NCBI GenBank assembly: GCA_951406725.2
Contig: OX597816.1
Coordinates: forward strand, 104,842,001-104,906,000
Length of the DNA: 64,000 bases
Origin: Octopus vulgaris
Lineage: Eukaryota
Direction of reading: 5' to 3'
Part shown: positions 12,976 through 27,242 of the stretch, piece by piece
Layout of the letters: every line of letters starts with the position of its first letter
How positions within the stretch are numbered: position 1 is the first letter of the stretch
Made by a program: the position numbers and the translations under genes
Notes under the pieces: generated by a model
Seen by the model: only the letters and a program-made list of their open reading frames with translations
Database searches by the model: none
Told to the model about the DNA's origin: nothing

Positions 12976-13289
12976 AATACCAAAACGCGGGGTGAAATCT
13001 TTTAAACCTATTATAAGAGCCAAAGTTGTTTATCTATCGTTTAAAAGTGCAACCCCCTTTTTTTTCAACTCCTCTTTATTGCTTAATAACGTCAGAAAAT
13101 CAAAGATAGCATAAAGAAGGGATATCTTATCAAACATATCTCATTAAAACTATGCTTGTTATCACTCGAACTACTACTGATGCTATAATAGCAAATCAGA
13201 AAGATATGTATATTATGTGTGTGTGTGTGTGAATCTGTCTCCTTATGCAGCACGCTCATATCTATACATATACAAACATACACACGCAT

Positions 13290-13610
13290 AGCGCTGTCAC
13301 TCTGCCGACACAGTGAGCTTCCGTTCTTCCCTTGATTGCGCCGTTTTCTAAGGTTTGAATCCGTTTCTTTTTTATATTTCTTTTCTGTGTCGTCTTTACC
13401 TCATCTTAGATGTATACCGAGTGATTTCTTCGATATCACTCTTCAGTTACACGATTTCATCTTTTGTCTGTGAGCCGTGTGACATTTCAGGAGCAGCAGA
13501 ACTTGAATTTCAGTATTCCGAAAACACATTGTCGACTCCACTCCGTTCTCAAATTACCTCATTTACGATATGATCCTGCAGTGATATTCCTAGCATGGAA
13601 TTTCCCTGGC
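13290..13610 (-). mobile_element. RTE-clade LINE 3' fragment
   Basis: Minus strand SMLGISLQDHIVNEVI*ERSGV...KFCCS*NVTRLTDKR*NRVTEE*YRRN is a decayed form of MLGISLRDHIRNExIRERSGV...KxRWAGHVARxTDxRW...EWYPR. Confidence 0.8.
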
Positions 13611-14329
13611 CTTTTTTTCTTTTTTTTTTGTTATAGGTACATGTGCGTAGTATAAAATTATGTCAGTGCTATAGTAGTAGTAGTAGTAGTAGTAGTAGTA
13701 GACAAGAAGAAGAAGAAAAAGAAGAAACTATACTTAAAGCACTGCTAACGGAGATTCCTTTCAATCATAACTATGTATTATTTGTGTACTACTTCAAGAT
13801 TTGCGTTGGTAGAGTTGAGCTCCACATGCTTCTAAAATGCCTCAACATCTCATTATTAAGGCATATTATGTTATTTCTGTATGAAGAGCTAGTATATGTT
13901 GTTGTTGTTTTTTTCTTGAGCAATTGTAACTGTATCAATACCATATTTATTGAATAATACTTTGTATTTGTAGTTAGTTGGGAAGTATTTATGAAATATC
14001 GCGATTCTGCTTGTAAAATTTAACGAAAACGATGTAAATTAGAAGTAAATCAATTACCTGCGTGAACCTCTGAGTTAAATTCTTTAACATGGACAGAATC
14101 TATTTCAAAAGAAGTAGGCTTGATAATAGTTTCAACTAATACCGAGTTTCAGCCCTGATTATAGTAAACTAAATAAGCTAATTTTCTAGCTCATAAATTA
14201 TGCATTTTCTATATAAACTTGCTATCAGAGTTAATAAGGTATAAATATTTTATTTTTATTATAATTTTTTAGTGATTAGTCTATTTTATTCATTTTCCAG
14301 GATGCTCTACCCTAACTGATCATTTTATT

Positions 14330-15200
14330 ATTGTTGTTATTATTTTTAGGGCAGCCTTAAATATATCTAATCCTTGTACCCCTATCAATTCATGCTCAAC
14401 TTATATAAGTTAATATGGTATCCCCACAACTTAAGATTAGTTCAACTTCAACTAAATCAGTATATAGTTGACAGGTTCTTCAACCTCAGTTGCCCTTATT
14501 AAATATCAGTTAAATCCATTTGATCAATCTCCACAGAAACCTTATAATAAGTGAATATTTTAGATAAGTAATAAGTATATAATCTATATATAGGTATATA
14601 ATCTATTTCCTTGCAATTTTCTTTTACCTTCCTCTATTGTGGTTAAAAGAATTTGGTATATACTCAAAATATTCAAGAAAGTGATATCCTTTTTGTTATA
14701 ATTCTCATTCTTAATAATCTTCTTGATTACCACCCCCCCAAAAAAAATTTTTTAACTTTATACGGTATGATAATATTGTTTGAAGTAATCTTTTAAATTT
14801 TTTAAATTACTTGATTTTTCTCTTTCTCAAATAGCTCCACCCTCCTGATCTTAGTATTTATAAAGACCTTTATTTAAATAACATTTCTAAATAAGTACCA
14901 ATTAGAAAATATAAATATCATGTAGGATGTAATAATAATAACTTCTTAAACCTATAATATAACTCTTAATTTTACAAAAAGATTTGTTGAAAGTAGAATT
15001 GTTCCATAATTTAATTATTCCTTTAGCCGATACCAAACATCAGTCTTTTATGAATATTTTATTTTAACAAGTAAATATAAGTTTTAGTCTAATATATTTT
15101 GAATTATTAAACCTTTTTCTAAAAACTTCTCTATTGGTGTTAACAAGCTAAATATACTTTACCATAGTATTAGTAATTAAACCATTTTACCCCTTCTCTA
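14330..15200 (-). mobile_element. Ancient L1/Tx1-like LINE ORF2 C-terminal relic
   Basis: Minus-strand KLWNNS (~14995-15012), FLEYFEYIPN (~14650-14685) and EEPVNYILI (~14455-14482) resemble the LWxN, Y..L..IP and EETxxHxL motifs of Tx1 ORF2; very degenerate. Confidence 0.35.
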
Positions 15201-15409
15201 TGATGTTCTACACATTATTTTATTTATGATTCAGTAGTTCATTATGCAGATGGTTAAAGAGAATAATGAAATTTAAAAACGCATCTAGATTACGCAGGTC
15301 TCAACTGCTAGTAGCTGAGATACCAACTTCGTACATTAATAATTCTCCAACCCATGCCAGCATGGAACATAGACGTTAAGTGAAATGTTCAAAGAAAGCT
15401 TTTGAACTC

Positions 15410-15440
<31 letters not shown>

Positions 15441-15520
15441 AAAAACACGTAATTCAAAAATACGTTTTGTATAGCTTATTTCGTTACCAAAAAAACAGGT
15501 ACAGATAATAAACAATGAAA

Positions 15521-16100
15521 GACCAATTTTGGTGATTCATTTGACAGAGGTAGTAGAGAGCCAATCCGATGATAAATCTAACCTTCGATCTTGAAAGTTT
15601 ACATGAATCCTGGTTCAGTTAAATCTCTTGAGGTTCCAAGTGATGTCATCTGTAGTGCAGCATTATATTGCCTAATTTTGTTTTGGAAGTGTTTGGAATT
15701 TTGGTTAGTTGATGACAACAGTTTCTTCAATGACTATGGAGGTTGGGGGATTTGCAAAAAGTTTAACCTGTGCAGGTATCTCTCCGGGTCACTTCCTTGC
15801 TTTACAATGTATGCAGTCAGTTGTCATTGCACCAATGGAAATTCTAGGGTCATCTGCATAATGAACTACTGGATCATAATTGAAAGATGTTTCACAGAAG
15901 TTGCATCTCAGAGCTGTTTCAACTACTCTTCATTCTGCAGTGGAGATCCTATTCCTTGTCAGTCGTGCATACCGCTGTTCCTCACTTTGAGATGCTCTGG
16001 CTTTTGTAGTGCACAGTTCGTTCGTTTCTTGGTATGCTTCCCTTTCTGAAGTTGTCTCTCTTTCCCTAGACAGAGACACTCTTTTGGCTGACCTTGACAT
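15521..16100 (-). mobile_element. Helitron Rep/helicase N-terminal coding fragment (disrupted)
   Basis: Minus strand: MSRS...SFNYDPVVHYADDPRISIGAMTTDCIHCKARK*PGE..[frameshift]..SKHFQNKIRQYNAALQMTSLG...GFM*TFKIEG*IYHRIGSLLP, the characteristic Helitron N-terminal motifs. Confidence 0.9.
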
Positions 16101-16523
16101 TGTAGACTAATTTGACACTTTCCTTTTAGACATTGTTATAAAAGTAAATAAGAAATTTCTAGAGAAATTAACGAAGTGTACGGATTTAAATGAAAGTTTT
16201 GAAGTTACTCCTGTCAGCAAATTATGGACGTACTTTTATTAGTAATTCCGTCAACAAAAAAAAACAGAAAACGTTGCAAAAGTAAATAAGAAATTTGTAG
16301 TGTACGAATTGAAGTGACATTTATGAATAAACTTATGTCAGTAAATTATGTAAGAAATTATTATCATCAGTAATTGTGAACTTCTTTTTGTCAGAAATTT
16401 GTCGTCGTTGCTTGTAAATAGCGATTGAAAACAATTAGCGTCTGAAAAGTGAAAATGAAAAGAATAGAGAGTGAGTGAGATATATAAAGAGGAGACGAAA
16501 GAGGGCTAGTTAGACAAATAAGC

Positions 16524-16745
<222 letters not shown>

Positions 16746-17370
16746 TACGCTTGAAAAGCGAATGCACACACATCTCTATTTTGTGTATTACATGAGACTG
16801 TGATAATTTTTTGACCGATGGATGTAAAGGAGACAATCAATTTCTGAAAGTTACTTCGCAAAGAGTTACCTCCCCTCTCCACGTAACAAAGGAACGGGTA
16901 TTTTCTGCCCCCAGCGGGCCCGTTACTCATTATGTGAAAAATTTTAATAGTCTAAAACCGTCTTTGGAATATAAGTAATGTATGTTCCCAGTTCAGAGAA
17001 AATCAGTTGAAAAATACGGCCGTTATAACTTTTTACACACACAAAACAAAAGTCAAAGGGATTTATATTATAGATATATATACATATATGTGTGTGTGTA
17101 TATATATATACATATACATGCACACATATATGAGCATGTGCGTGCGCGCGTGTTTGTATGTATGTATATATTAAGAATTATATTAAACACGCTTAGAAGC
17201 GTTGTGTGGGTTGGTATTTACAAAAAACGGTGCAAATTTCGAACGCGGGATGGTTGTGAAAACAGCTTAGAAAGTTGAGTGGGTACCTTTTTCAGTCTTC
17301 TAATGGTATTTACCCAATTTTCTAAGTTGTTTTCTTTCACAGATATTCTGGGTTTGAAATTTTCTATAAC

Positions 17371-17403
<33 letters not shown>

Positions 17404-17802
17404 CATAATCGTTAACTTCTTACAAAATCTTTTAGAAATGTGTATGCTGCTAGGTCTTTCTATATCGTATTCACCTGAAAAGTTAACTAACAGTGCTACA
17501 AATGTTACTGTTTGATTTTTAAAAGACAAAAAAAAATCATACTTCAAAACGAAGAGCAGCTATCGATATTACATATAAAATTTAGTAGATCTCAAATAAT
17601 ACAGACAAAAGTCAGCAATAAAACCTTTTATTGATTGTATTATAATTAAGATTTAAACAGATTTCGTCTAAAGCGTTTTGAAAGTATTCAAGATATTTCC
17701 AATTCAATTTAACACAATTAGAAGACATTCCTTTCAACAGATTCACACAGGTCGATCGATGAAATCTAATCAAACTAATTTTTTTTCTCACGAATATTTG
17801 AA

Positions 17803-17877
<75 letters not shown>

Positions 17878-18005
17878 TGTGTGTGTGTAAGAGTGAAAGA
17901 AACAAAAAGAAGGAAGAGGAAAGCATCCGTATATAAACAAAATCATAAACACTTAAAATATCCTGAATATATTTTCGATAATGTATATAAATCAATGTAT
18001 ATACG

Positions 18006-18046
<41 letters not shown>

Positions 18047-18665
18047 ACATTATCTCCCTCTTTCCCTCTCTTATGTGGGTGTATGTATATATATATTCAA
18101 GTATATACATATAAGTATATACATTTTTCATATATATATATCTTATATATATATATATATGTTTATATGTATATGTACGAATATGATTAGCTAGGTGGAT
18201 AGATAGATACATACATACATATATACATGCATATATACATATAATCATTCATATATACATACATATACATATATACAAACATACATACATTCATACATAT
18301 ATACATAAATATATACATACATATTAGAAATATGTACAAAAGTAATTATAATTTACGTCTTCGTCGCAGTTTCACATATAAGCATATATACATACACGCA
18401 CTCACATATACGCACACACATACATATATGTATGTGTGTACATATGTGTATATATATATGCATGTGTTTATATGTGTCTATCTATTTACGTGTCCTTCTA
18501 TATATATGCATACATACATACATACATATATACATGCACGCATACATACACGCACACATCCATACAAGCATGCATACATACATACATACATACATACATA
18601 CATACATACATACATACATACATACATACATACATACATACATACATACATACATACTTACACAC
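17803..18665. repeat. (TG)n, (CA)n, (TA)n and (CATA)n microsatellite cluster
   Basis: Direct sequence. Confidence 0.9.
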
Positions 18666-19158
18666 ATATTGGAGTGCAGCTTCAAAAATCTGTTTCGGAC
18701 ATTTTGGCATCTATGTAATTTGATGAAATTATTGAAGTGGAAAAAAGAAGGTCAAGGAGAATCCGAAAACGTAAGATGAAAGGATTAACAATATTCTTTG
18801 TCGAGTAAGTAACCTAATTTGTAAATGTGGCCTTCGAAATCCAAATTTGGGAACAAACCTACCGTTTAGAGTTAGTATCAAGAGACGGAGAGAGAATTTG
18901 GAATAGAAAACAATGAATGACTAATATGGAAGCTAATCGTTCGAAATAATGCAACAACAATAGAAATAGGCTGTATAAATTAAGAGCGAAAATTTGTGAA
19001 GCATAGTAATCTAGATTATGATATGAATGGGTTTGAAAATAAATATAGCTGGCAGAATCATTAGCGCATCAGAAAGAAAAATGTTTTTCAGACTTTCTTC
19101 TGGCTCTTTACAATCCTAGTTCAAACCTTGTCAAAGTCAACTTTACCTTCAGCATTAC

Positions 19159-19545
<387 letters not shown>

Positions 19546-20089
19546 GAGTTAGCATATGTATATACACTTTTATTACATATTCCTTTTATGAGAAGTTTTT
19601 ACCATTAATATTCTATTATTAGTTTTCAATCATAAAATACTATAATAATATTTTATTACTTGGTATATGTTTTCAGTTATTACGTTCTGTGTCACTCCTT
19701 GTTATACTGACTGTCTGGGCTCTTTAAATTTATAGCCATTCCCTATACCTTTTGTATAAGACTGCATATATTGTTCTTTTCAGATTATCGCTGTCTCATT
19801 CTCTACTATTTTACTTTCTCCTTTTTTTTTTTTCGCAATTCTTTCTTCTCTCTCTGATCGTTAATGTTTTTCTTTCAAACTACTCCTGAGATGCCCATTC
19901 TAGTTGATTTGTGAAACCCTGTGCGACAATATACAATTTCAATACAATTTAACCTTATCGAATAGACAGCTACCTTAATACACAAGCTAACTGATAAATC
20001 CAGCTTCATTAAATGATCTTGACAATTGATTCGGTAAAACCGTTATCATTGCGCTTTGTTTCATCCACATTCTAACTACCGCCTCTTAT

Positions 20090-20396
20090 AAAAGTATGAG
20101 TGCCTCCGACCAAATTGCATGTATATTTAGATAAGCGAATTCATCGAAGTTTTACTCGTGTTAAGTTCTTTGTTCGGTCATTATGAAATGATACTCTTTA
20201 CTTGTTTCAGTAATTTCACTGTGGCCATGCTGAAGCACCGCCTTTAGTCGAGCAAATTGACCCCAGAACTTATTCTTTGTAAGCCTAGTACTTATTCTAT
20301 CGGTTTCTTTTGCCGAACCTCTAGGTTACGGGGTGTAAACGCACCGGCATCGGTTGTCAAGCGATGTTGAGGGAACAAACACAGACACACAAACAT

Positions 20397-20462
<66 letters not shown>

Positions 20463-22620
20463 GACGGGCTTCTTTCAGTTTCCGTCTACTAAATCCACTC
20501 ACATGGCTTTGGTCGGCTTACCACACACCCACTCCTACGCCTATAGTGGTTTTACATTGTATAATCAATATTTCATTATCATTACTCATATTCATGTTTT
20601 CCAAATTTTTAAAGGATTTACTTCAGATCCGAGTTGCTTTTGTTGCTGCACGACCTAGACTTAAAATGGTTAGCGTTAGCGCAAATATAAGCATGCACTT
20701 TGCCTAGTACCTGCACATAATATTTCTGCAATGTCCTTTTCTAAAGTAATGTGCAGCAAATTGACAAAGGAACATAGTTTACTATATCTAATGTGATAGA
20801 ATAGCCAGGTGTAGTAGAGTTACTGTTATCACTTTGTGTGTCATTACATTGGTTATTAGCTCTCAGCTATGTTTTTCTTTGGGTGGTTAGATGTATATGT
20901 AGGACTAGAGACCACAGGGGCTATATTACCGTCGGAGTGCCTGTTCAGTTTCATCTAGCAACTTATTTTAAAACTAATGTTAGGTGCTATGGTGTAAACC
21001 AACTTTCTTGTATGTCGTTTAAAGATCTTAACGATACAGGATGGATACAGGAAAATGTTTATCCAAAACTTGGAAGGATTTTGCAACTGTATTTAATGCA
21101 ATATTTAGCCCGCATGGAGGATTAAACCAGACCACAAATTTCTTTGTCAGCTCGGGCAAAATGAAAGTTAAGTGATTAATATTATGATTAGAAACGTCAA
21201 TTTTACACTTATTATTATCAATGTCAGGCCTTATTTCTCTTATTGTATCATAATAAGTATTTATATTGCTATCTTTATAATTGCAATTATCAGAGAAATT
21301 AATAGTTTAAGTTTTTTACTGGTTATTAATACTACTATTACAATGTATAAATGAGTGATTAATGTTAAAGCAGTTTTTTATTGTACTGTATTTCCGTTAT
21401 TCGTATTGCAAGTACATTTAACATTATTACCCTAACAACTCCCTTCATTTTATGTATTAGTTGCAGTAGTGCATTGGATATCCTTATCGTTGCAGGTGTC
21501 GCAATTCATGTTGCATTCAATACATTTACGATCATTAGCATATCTAATACTATTTAAGTTATTATAAAAACACATATATATGATGTAATTATCCTTACTT
21601 TTAATAAGATGATTATTACTACCATTAGAATTATCAGTACAGTCATCAGTTATTTTCATAATAAAAAAAAATATTCATATCATTATTATTGATAATAATA
21701 TTCTCATTACTATCTTTATCTCTTGTACAACCATCATTATATTACCACGGTAGCCACTATTATTATTATCAGATATATTAGTTGTTATATCGCCATTAGC
21801 TAAATCACCATGATGGAACCCGTTTCATATTGAGATTGTTAACACACACACTGTTACAATCAAATCATTGCCATTTTTATACTTTGAACAAATATAGTGT
21901 CTAAGAAGGTTTGTTTTTATTCAACAAATAGCTAAGGTCGTGTTGTAGTATTAGTATGCAGGATTTTGACTAAAGATTTCTTCGTGAGCTGAAATTATGG
22001 AAATCCGGGCGGAAACATGATTGATTATTAACTTAATAACATTCCGAGGGTGATTTGAGAGGTAATTTACATGCATTAAGTGCACATTGGGTTTATGATA
22101 GGGCCTATAAAGGTCAGAGTCAAGTACCAACGTGACATCAAAGAATCTGACTACTACCAAACGTGATGGATAGACATACATTTTTGAACAATTTTTTCTA
22201 TATATCTCATAGCATTATTCCGCTTTCGGACAGACAACAATGCATCGTTCCTCTATCGACCAACTTCCAAACATGACAATTCCTCTGTAATATAGTATAT
22301 GTTTACAGCCACGAATCGGTGACCTGCGCTGAGTGACTCGACGCCATGATTATATTGAAAATGTTGTTCTTGTTGTTGCTTTTTTTCGGGTACAAAGTTT
22401 AGCATTACATTCAAATCGCTAATATAATATAATATCGACTTATGTCATTGAAAGGCCGGTTGCCCTCAGAGTGAAAATTAGCTTCACATTTAGAAATAGC
22501 GGAAAAGAGTAGTAGCTATTTATGTCGATTTGTAAGGATTAAATATCCATATTTTTAAGACACATAAATATATCTTTAACACTAGAAGTGCTCGACCGTT
22601 TGAGGATTTTGCTGTAAAGT
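20090..22620 (-). mobile_element. Decayed Penelope-like element (RT to GIY-YIG), interrupted
   Basis: Minus strand in order: FNIIMASSHSAQVTD, FFDVTLVL..LYRPYHKPN..SNHP..RIS, VWFNPPC..DKHFP..KIFKRHT.KLVY..PNI, then Cys-linker/GIY-YIG remnants. Interrupted by a SINE B and an AT-rich tract at 21170-21900. Confidence 0.75.
20191..20542 (-). mobile_element. SINE family B (internal deletion near head), nested in the PLE
   Basis: Reverse complement of the family B sequence with internal (CA)n(TA)n. Confidence 0.9.
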
Positions 22621-23493
22621 TTGGGATTATTCTACCTCAAATACTTTTAGTTAGCGGAACAAATTAAGTATACAAAGGAGTTAGAAGAGAATTTGGGCTT
22701 ACGATTTATGAGGTTAATCCGAAGGGGTTTTGGTAAGAAAAGTTCAGGCTGCATTTCTTTATATTCCCCCTTCATAAGATAGGGGTATACACCCACACAC
22801 ACATATACATACATATATACATATGTATGTGTGTGTGTGTGTGTGTGCATGCTTATATATGCATATATAAAGACACACAACATACACACAGATAGATGGA
22901 TAGCTAGATAGATAATGACTAGATATGGATAAAGAATCCAAGCGAGCAAGGTAGAGCAGTGCGTTATAATCCAGGTTATGGCTAACCGCATCCAGTTGTA
23001 AGGAGCATCTAACATTACTTAAGGTAAGCCATCACACTGTATTTCATCCCATATGAAATATCTTGGGTTTGCTTCACTGGATAATAAATATTACAATATA
23101 ACCAATACAATTACAATGAACCTAAGGATTAGCACATCTACATATTTCTTTATTTCTACAGTCAATTATACAACATATACCTTTATTTAATTGCCGATTC
23201 TCATGCGATCGTCGTCTCTGAGCAGTTAAACCACGCGTTTATTTTTCCCGATATACGAATGGTTTCTTTTTTTTTTTTTTTTTTTGTTTACTGGCCATCA
23301 GTGGTAATGCCCTCAGTGGGACGTAGTGATACAACACCACGGGAAGATTTTTTTGTTTTTGTTTTCAACAGCAGAGTTTCATGCCCGACTCTTAGCAATC
23401 CATTAAAATATCTTAGAAGCATTAGTATTTTATTAAAGGGTCCTGAATGGTATTAATTTGGTGGTGATGTGAATGATAGGGGAGCAAATAGAG

Positions 23494-24092
<599 letters not shown>

Positions 24093-24200
24093 GTTGCACA
24101 GAACAAAATCTGTTATTATAGCAACAACGACGATGTGGTCGTAACATTTAGGGTGGTCAGTAGAAATTTCAAATACGAAAAAGAAATCAGTAACGCCATA

Positions 24201-24424
24201 TACTCTTTACTCTTTTACTTGTTTCAGTCATTTGACTGCGGCCATGTTGGAGCACCGCCTTTAATCGACCAAATCGACCCCGGGACTTATTTTTTGTAAG
24301 CCCAGTACTTATTCGGTCTCTCTATCGGTCTCTTTTGCCGAATCGCTAAGTGACGGAGACGTAAACACACCAGCATCGGTTGTCAAGCAATACTAGGGGG
24401 ACAAACACAGACTCACAAACACAC

Positions 24425-24486
<62 letters not shown>

Positions 24487-24649
24487 GACAGGCTTCTTTC
24501 AGTTTCCGTCTACCAAATCCACTCACAAAGCATTGGTCGGCCCGGGGCTATAGCAGAAGACACTTGCCCAAGATGCCACGCAGTGGGACTGAACCCGGAA
24601 CCATGTGGTCGGTTAGCAAGCTACTTACCACACAGCCACTCCTGCGCCT
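24201..24649 (-). mobile_element. SINE family B, full length, young
   Basis: Complete head (ACCACACAGCCACTCCTGCGCCT on +), B-box GGGACTGAACCCGG and tail TACTCTTTACTCTTTTACTTGTTTC. Confidence 0.93.
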
Positions 24650-24880
24650 GACAGTTTTGATATATGACAGTTCTTGATGGTATACGTGGGCATGAATATA
24701 TGTTGTCACAACCTGGGACCTTGAAGACTGCTATAATGCAAGAAAGTATACTAGTCCTTTAATATTTTATATTCAATATTTCATCTGTTCAATAAGACAA
24801 TCAATACTTCATTTCTTTTTACTATATATATATATTATTTATACTATATATTCTATATCTTACATTAATATTATAAAGAA

Positions 24881-25223
24881 CTAGCAGTATCGCCCGGCGT
24901 TGCTCGAGTTTGTAAGGGAAATAACTATATAAGCATTTTTAGAGAGTTATAGCCAAAAAATAGCAAAAAAATGCATTAAAAATGGAAATAAAATTATGGT
25001 AAATTTTTTCTTAATCGTTGACTCATCGTAGACATTTTTAGAGAGTTACTTCCCTTATATAATAGCGAAAAAATGCATTAAAATGGAAAAAATGATGGTA
25101 AATTATTTTTAAAATCGTAGACTCATCGTAGACGCGCGCTAATACCCAGAAGGGCTCGATGTGGGAGTAGTTAGAAATCTAAATCGTAGGAGACAGACAC
25201 AACTTCACTTTTATATATAAAGA
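24881..25223 (-). mobile_element. Complete non-autonomous Helitron (343 bp)
   Basis: Minus strand reads a|TCTTTATATATAAAAGTGAAG...CTCGAGCAACGCCGGGCGATACTG-CTAG|t: 5' TC, subterminal GC-rich hairpin, 3' CTAG, inserted between A and T with no TSD; internal direct repeats. Confidence 0.88.
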
Positions 25224-25299
25224 TATAAATAAAACATAAAAAACAGAGTTGGAATTTCTTTGAATAACATATATCCCCCTATACACAATCATACAAACC

Positions 25300-25346
<47 letters not shown>

Positions 25347-25348
<2 letters not shown>

Positions 25349-25937
25349 TTCCCATGCCCCATCTTATCCCACACCCCCTCTCCACATACGCCACCTCTAG
25401 ACGCCACCCTCTGCCTACTCACAAACCCTAACTGTACCCCAACCCCCAGCCGAACCCGCACCCCACCCGTGCTTTTCCCAATCTCGCCTCCCCCACCTCC
25501 CAACAACATCCCACCATACCACACTACACCATACAACATTACATATCACATCACAACACACCACCCACACACCCATCCCCACATTTTCACACCTACACAT
25601 ACATACATGCACACGTCCAGACCACCAACCCTCTTTCACACGCACATACATACTCTCTTATACACACACGCACCTTTGTGTGGGGGTCATCTTAACTTTG
25701 TTATCTCCCCTAATTTCTCTCTCATGTGTGACCCTTCTGCCCGGCACTAGTCGCCATGAAAGATCGTTAGCCACTACACACATTTTTTCTCTCCTTGTTT
25801 TTTTCTGTGTCCCTTTCTGAAGAAGAGCGTATGCTCGAAACGTAAAAGATTTTTTTACTATTCCTGGGCGTTATACTGATACATCTCTTTGTTTTGTACA
25901 CCACATGTCTTCGTCTTTTGTTTTTTTCGTAAATTCT

Positions 25938-25940
<3 letters not shown>
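25347..25940 (+). mobile_element. Non-coding PLE-derived unit (C/A-rich UTR plus pseudo-LTR with hammerhead) inside (TA)n
   Basis: C/A-rich segment repeated at 27243-27538, followed by a hammerhead motif; flanked by (TA)n on both sides. Confidence 0.6.
25813..25848 (+). ncRNA. Minimal type I hammerhead ribozyme
   Basis: CTTT-CTGAAGA-A-GAGC-GTAT-GCTC-GAAA-CG-TA-AAAG: helix I CUUU/AAAG, core CUGANGA, helix II GAGC/GCUC, GAAA, palindromic ACGU helix III, predicted cleavage after GUA. Confidence 0.75.
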
Positions 25941-25989
<49 letters not shown>

Positions 25990-26011
25990 GTATATATATG
26001 GGGAGGACGTG

Positions 26012-26045
<34 letters not shown>

Positions 26046-26050
<5 letters not shown>

Positions 26051-26448
26051 TCTTTACTATTTTACTTGTTTCAGTCATTTGACTGCAGCTATACTGGAGC
26101 ACCACCTTTAGTTGAGCAAATCGACCTCAAGACTCATTCTTTGTAAGCCTAGTATTTATTCTATCGGTTCTCTCTCGCCGAACCGCTAAATTACGGGGAC
26201 GTAAACACACCAGAATCGGTTGTCAAGCGATGGTCGGGGGACAAACATATACAAACATACATACATATATAAATACCTATATACGACGGGCTTATTTAAG
26301 TTTCCATCTACCAAATCCACTCACAAGTCTTTGGTTGGCCCGAAGCTATAATAGAAGACACTTACCCAAGGTGCCACGCAGTGGGACTGAACCCGGAACC
26401 ATGTGGTTGGTAAGCAAGCTACTTACCACATAACCACTCCTGCGCCTA
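26046..26448 (-). mobile_element. SINE family B, full length
   Basis: Colinear with 24201-24649. Confidence 0.92.
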
Positions 26449-26496
26449 TATATCTATATTTATATGCGTATGTATATATATATGTATATATATATA

Positions 26497-26595
26497 TATT
26501 CTTCTACTATTATCTCAGGGCGACTAAAACCTTCTGAATGCCAAATGGAAACTATGTGGAAGCCCGTCGTGCGCACACACTCACACACATATACG

Positions 26596-26659
<64 letters not shown>

Positions 26660-26885
26660 TGTGTGTTTGTGTCTTTCTGTTAGAGTTGTGTTTTGTCTTC
26701 TAAAACTACTTGGCAACTGCTGTTGGTTTGTCCAAGTCCCCGTATACTAGTGGTTCGGTAAAAAGAGACTAGGCTTTAAAAGGCAAATTACTTGGGTCAA
26801 TTTGTAAGACTAAATCTTTGCAAGGCGATGCACCAGCTTGACCACAACCCAACGACTGAAACAAGTAAAAGATAAATAATGAAAG
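26497..26885 (+). mobile_element. SINE family B-related, older, 5'-truncated
   Basis: TTCTTCTACTAT..GGGCGACTAAAACCTT...GAAGCCCGTCGT...GACTGAAACAAGTAAAAGATAA. Confidence 0.75.
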
Positions 26886-27242
26886 AGATAAACGCACACA
26901 CACACACATACACCCCATACACGCACCTCAGACACATGTGCGCATAATGATATAAGCGGTTTTAACAGTCAGTTAACTTCAAGAACGTGTGCGATTAATC
27001 TGATTTAACCTGAAACATCTAGAAAAACCGAAGCACTCGCACAGCTTGTGCAAAGGGCAACTTTTCATGATTTCAAATCAACTATTTCAAACACTCTTCT
27101 GTAACAGGTTGATCATTTCCCGCTACCTCGGAGGTTTCATTTCAATGTAATGCAACTACGTGAAGGAGAAAGTATGATTCGTGCTCGTGGTGATGTTTCT
27201 GGAAGACTATCAAAGCATACATATATATTATATCAAAGCAGC

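Noticed and set aside
15591-16049. 152-aa plus-strand Cys-rich ORF
   Set aside because: Antisense shadow of the Helitron Rep fragment on the minus strand.
19884-19926. Hammerhead-like CTGAGATGCCCAT...TGAAACCCTG
   Set aside because: Core has a deletion and helices I-III pair poorly.
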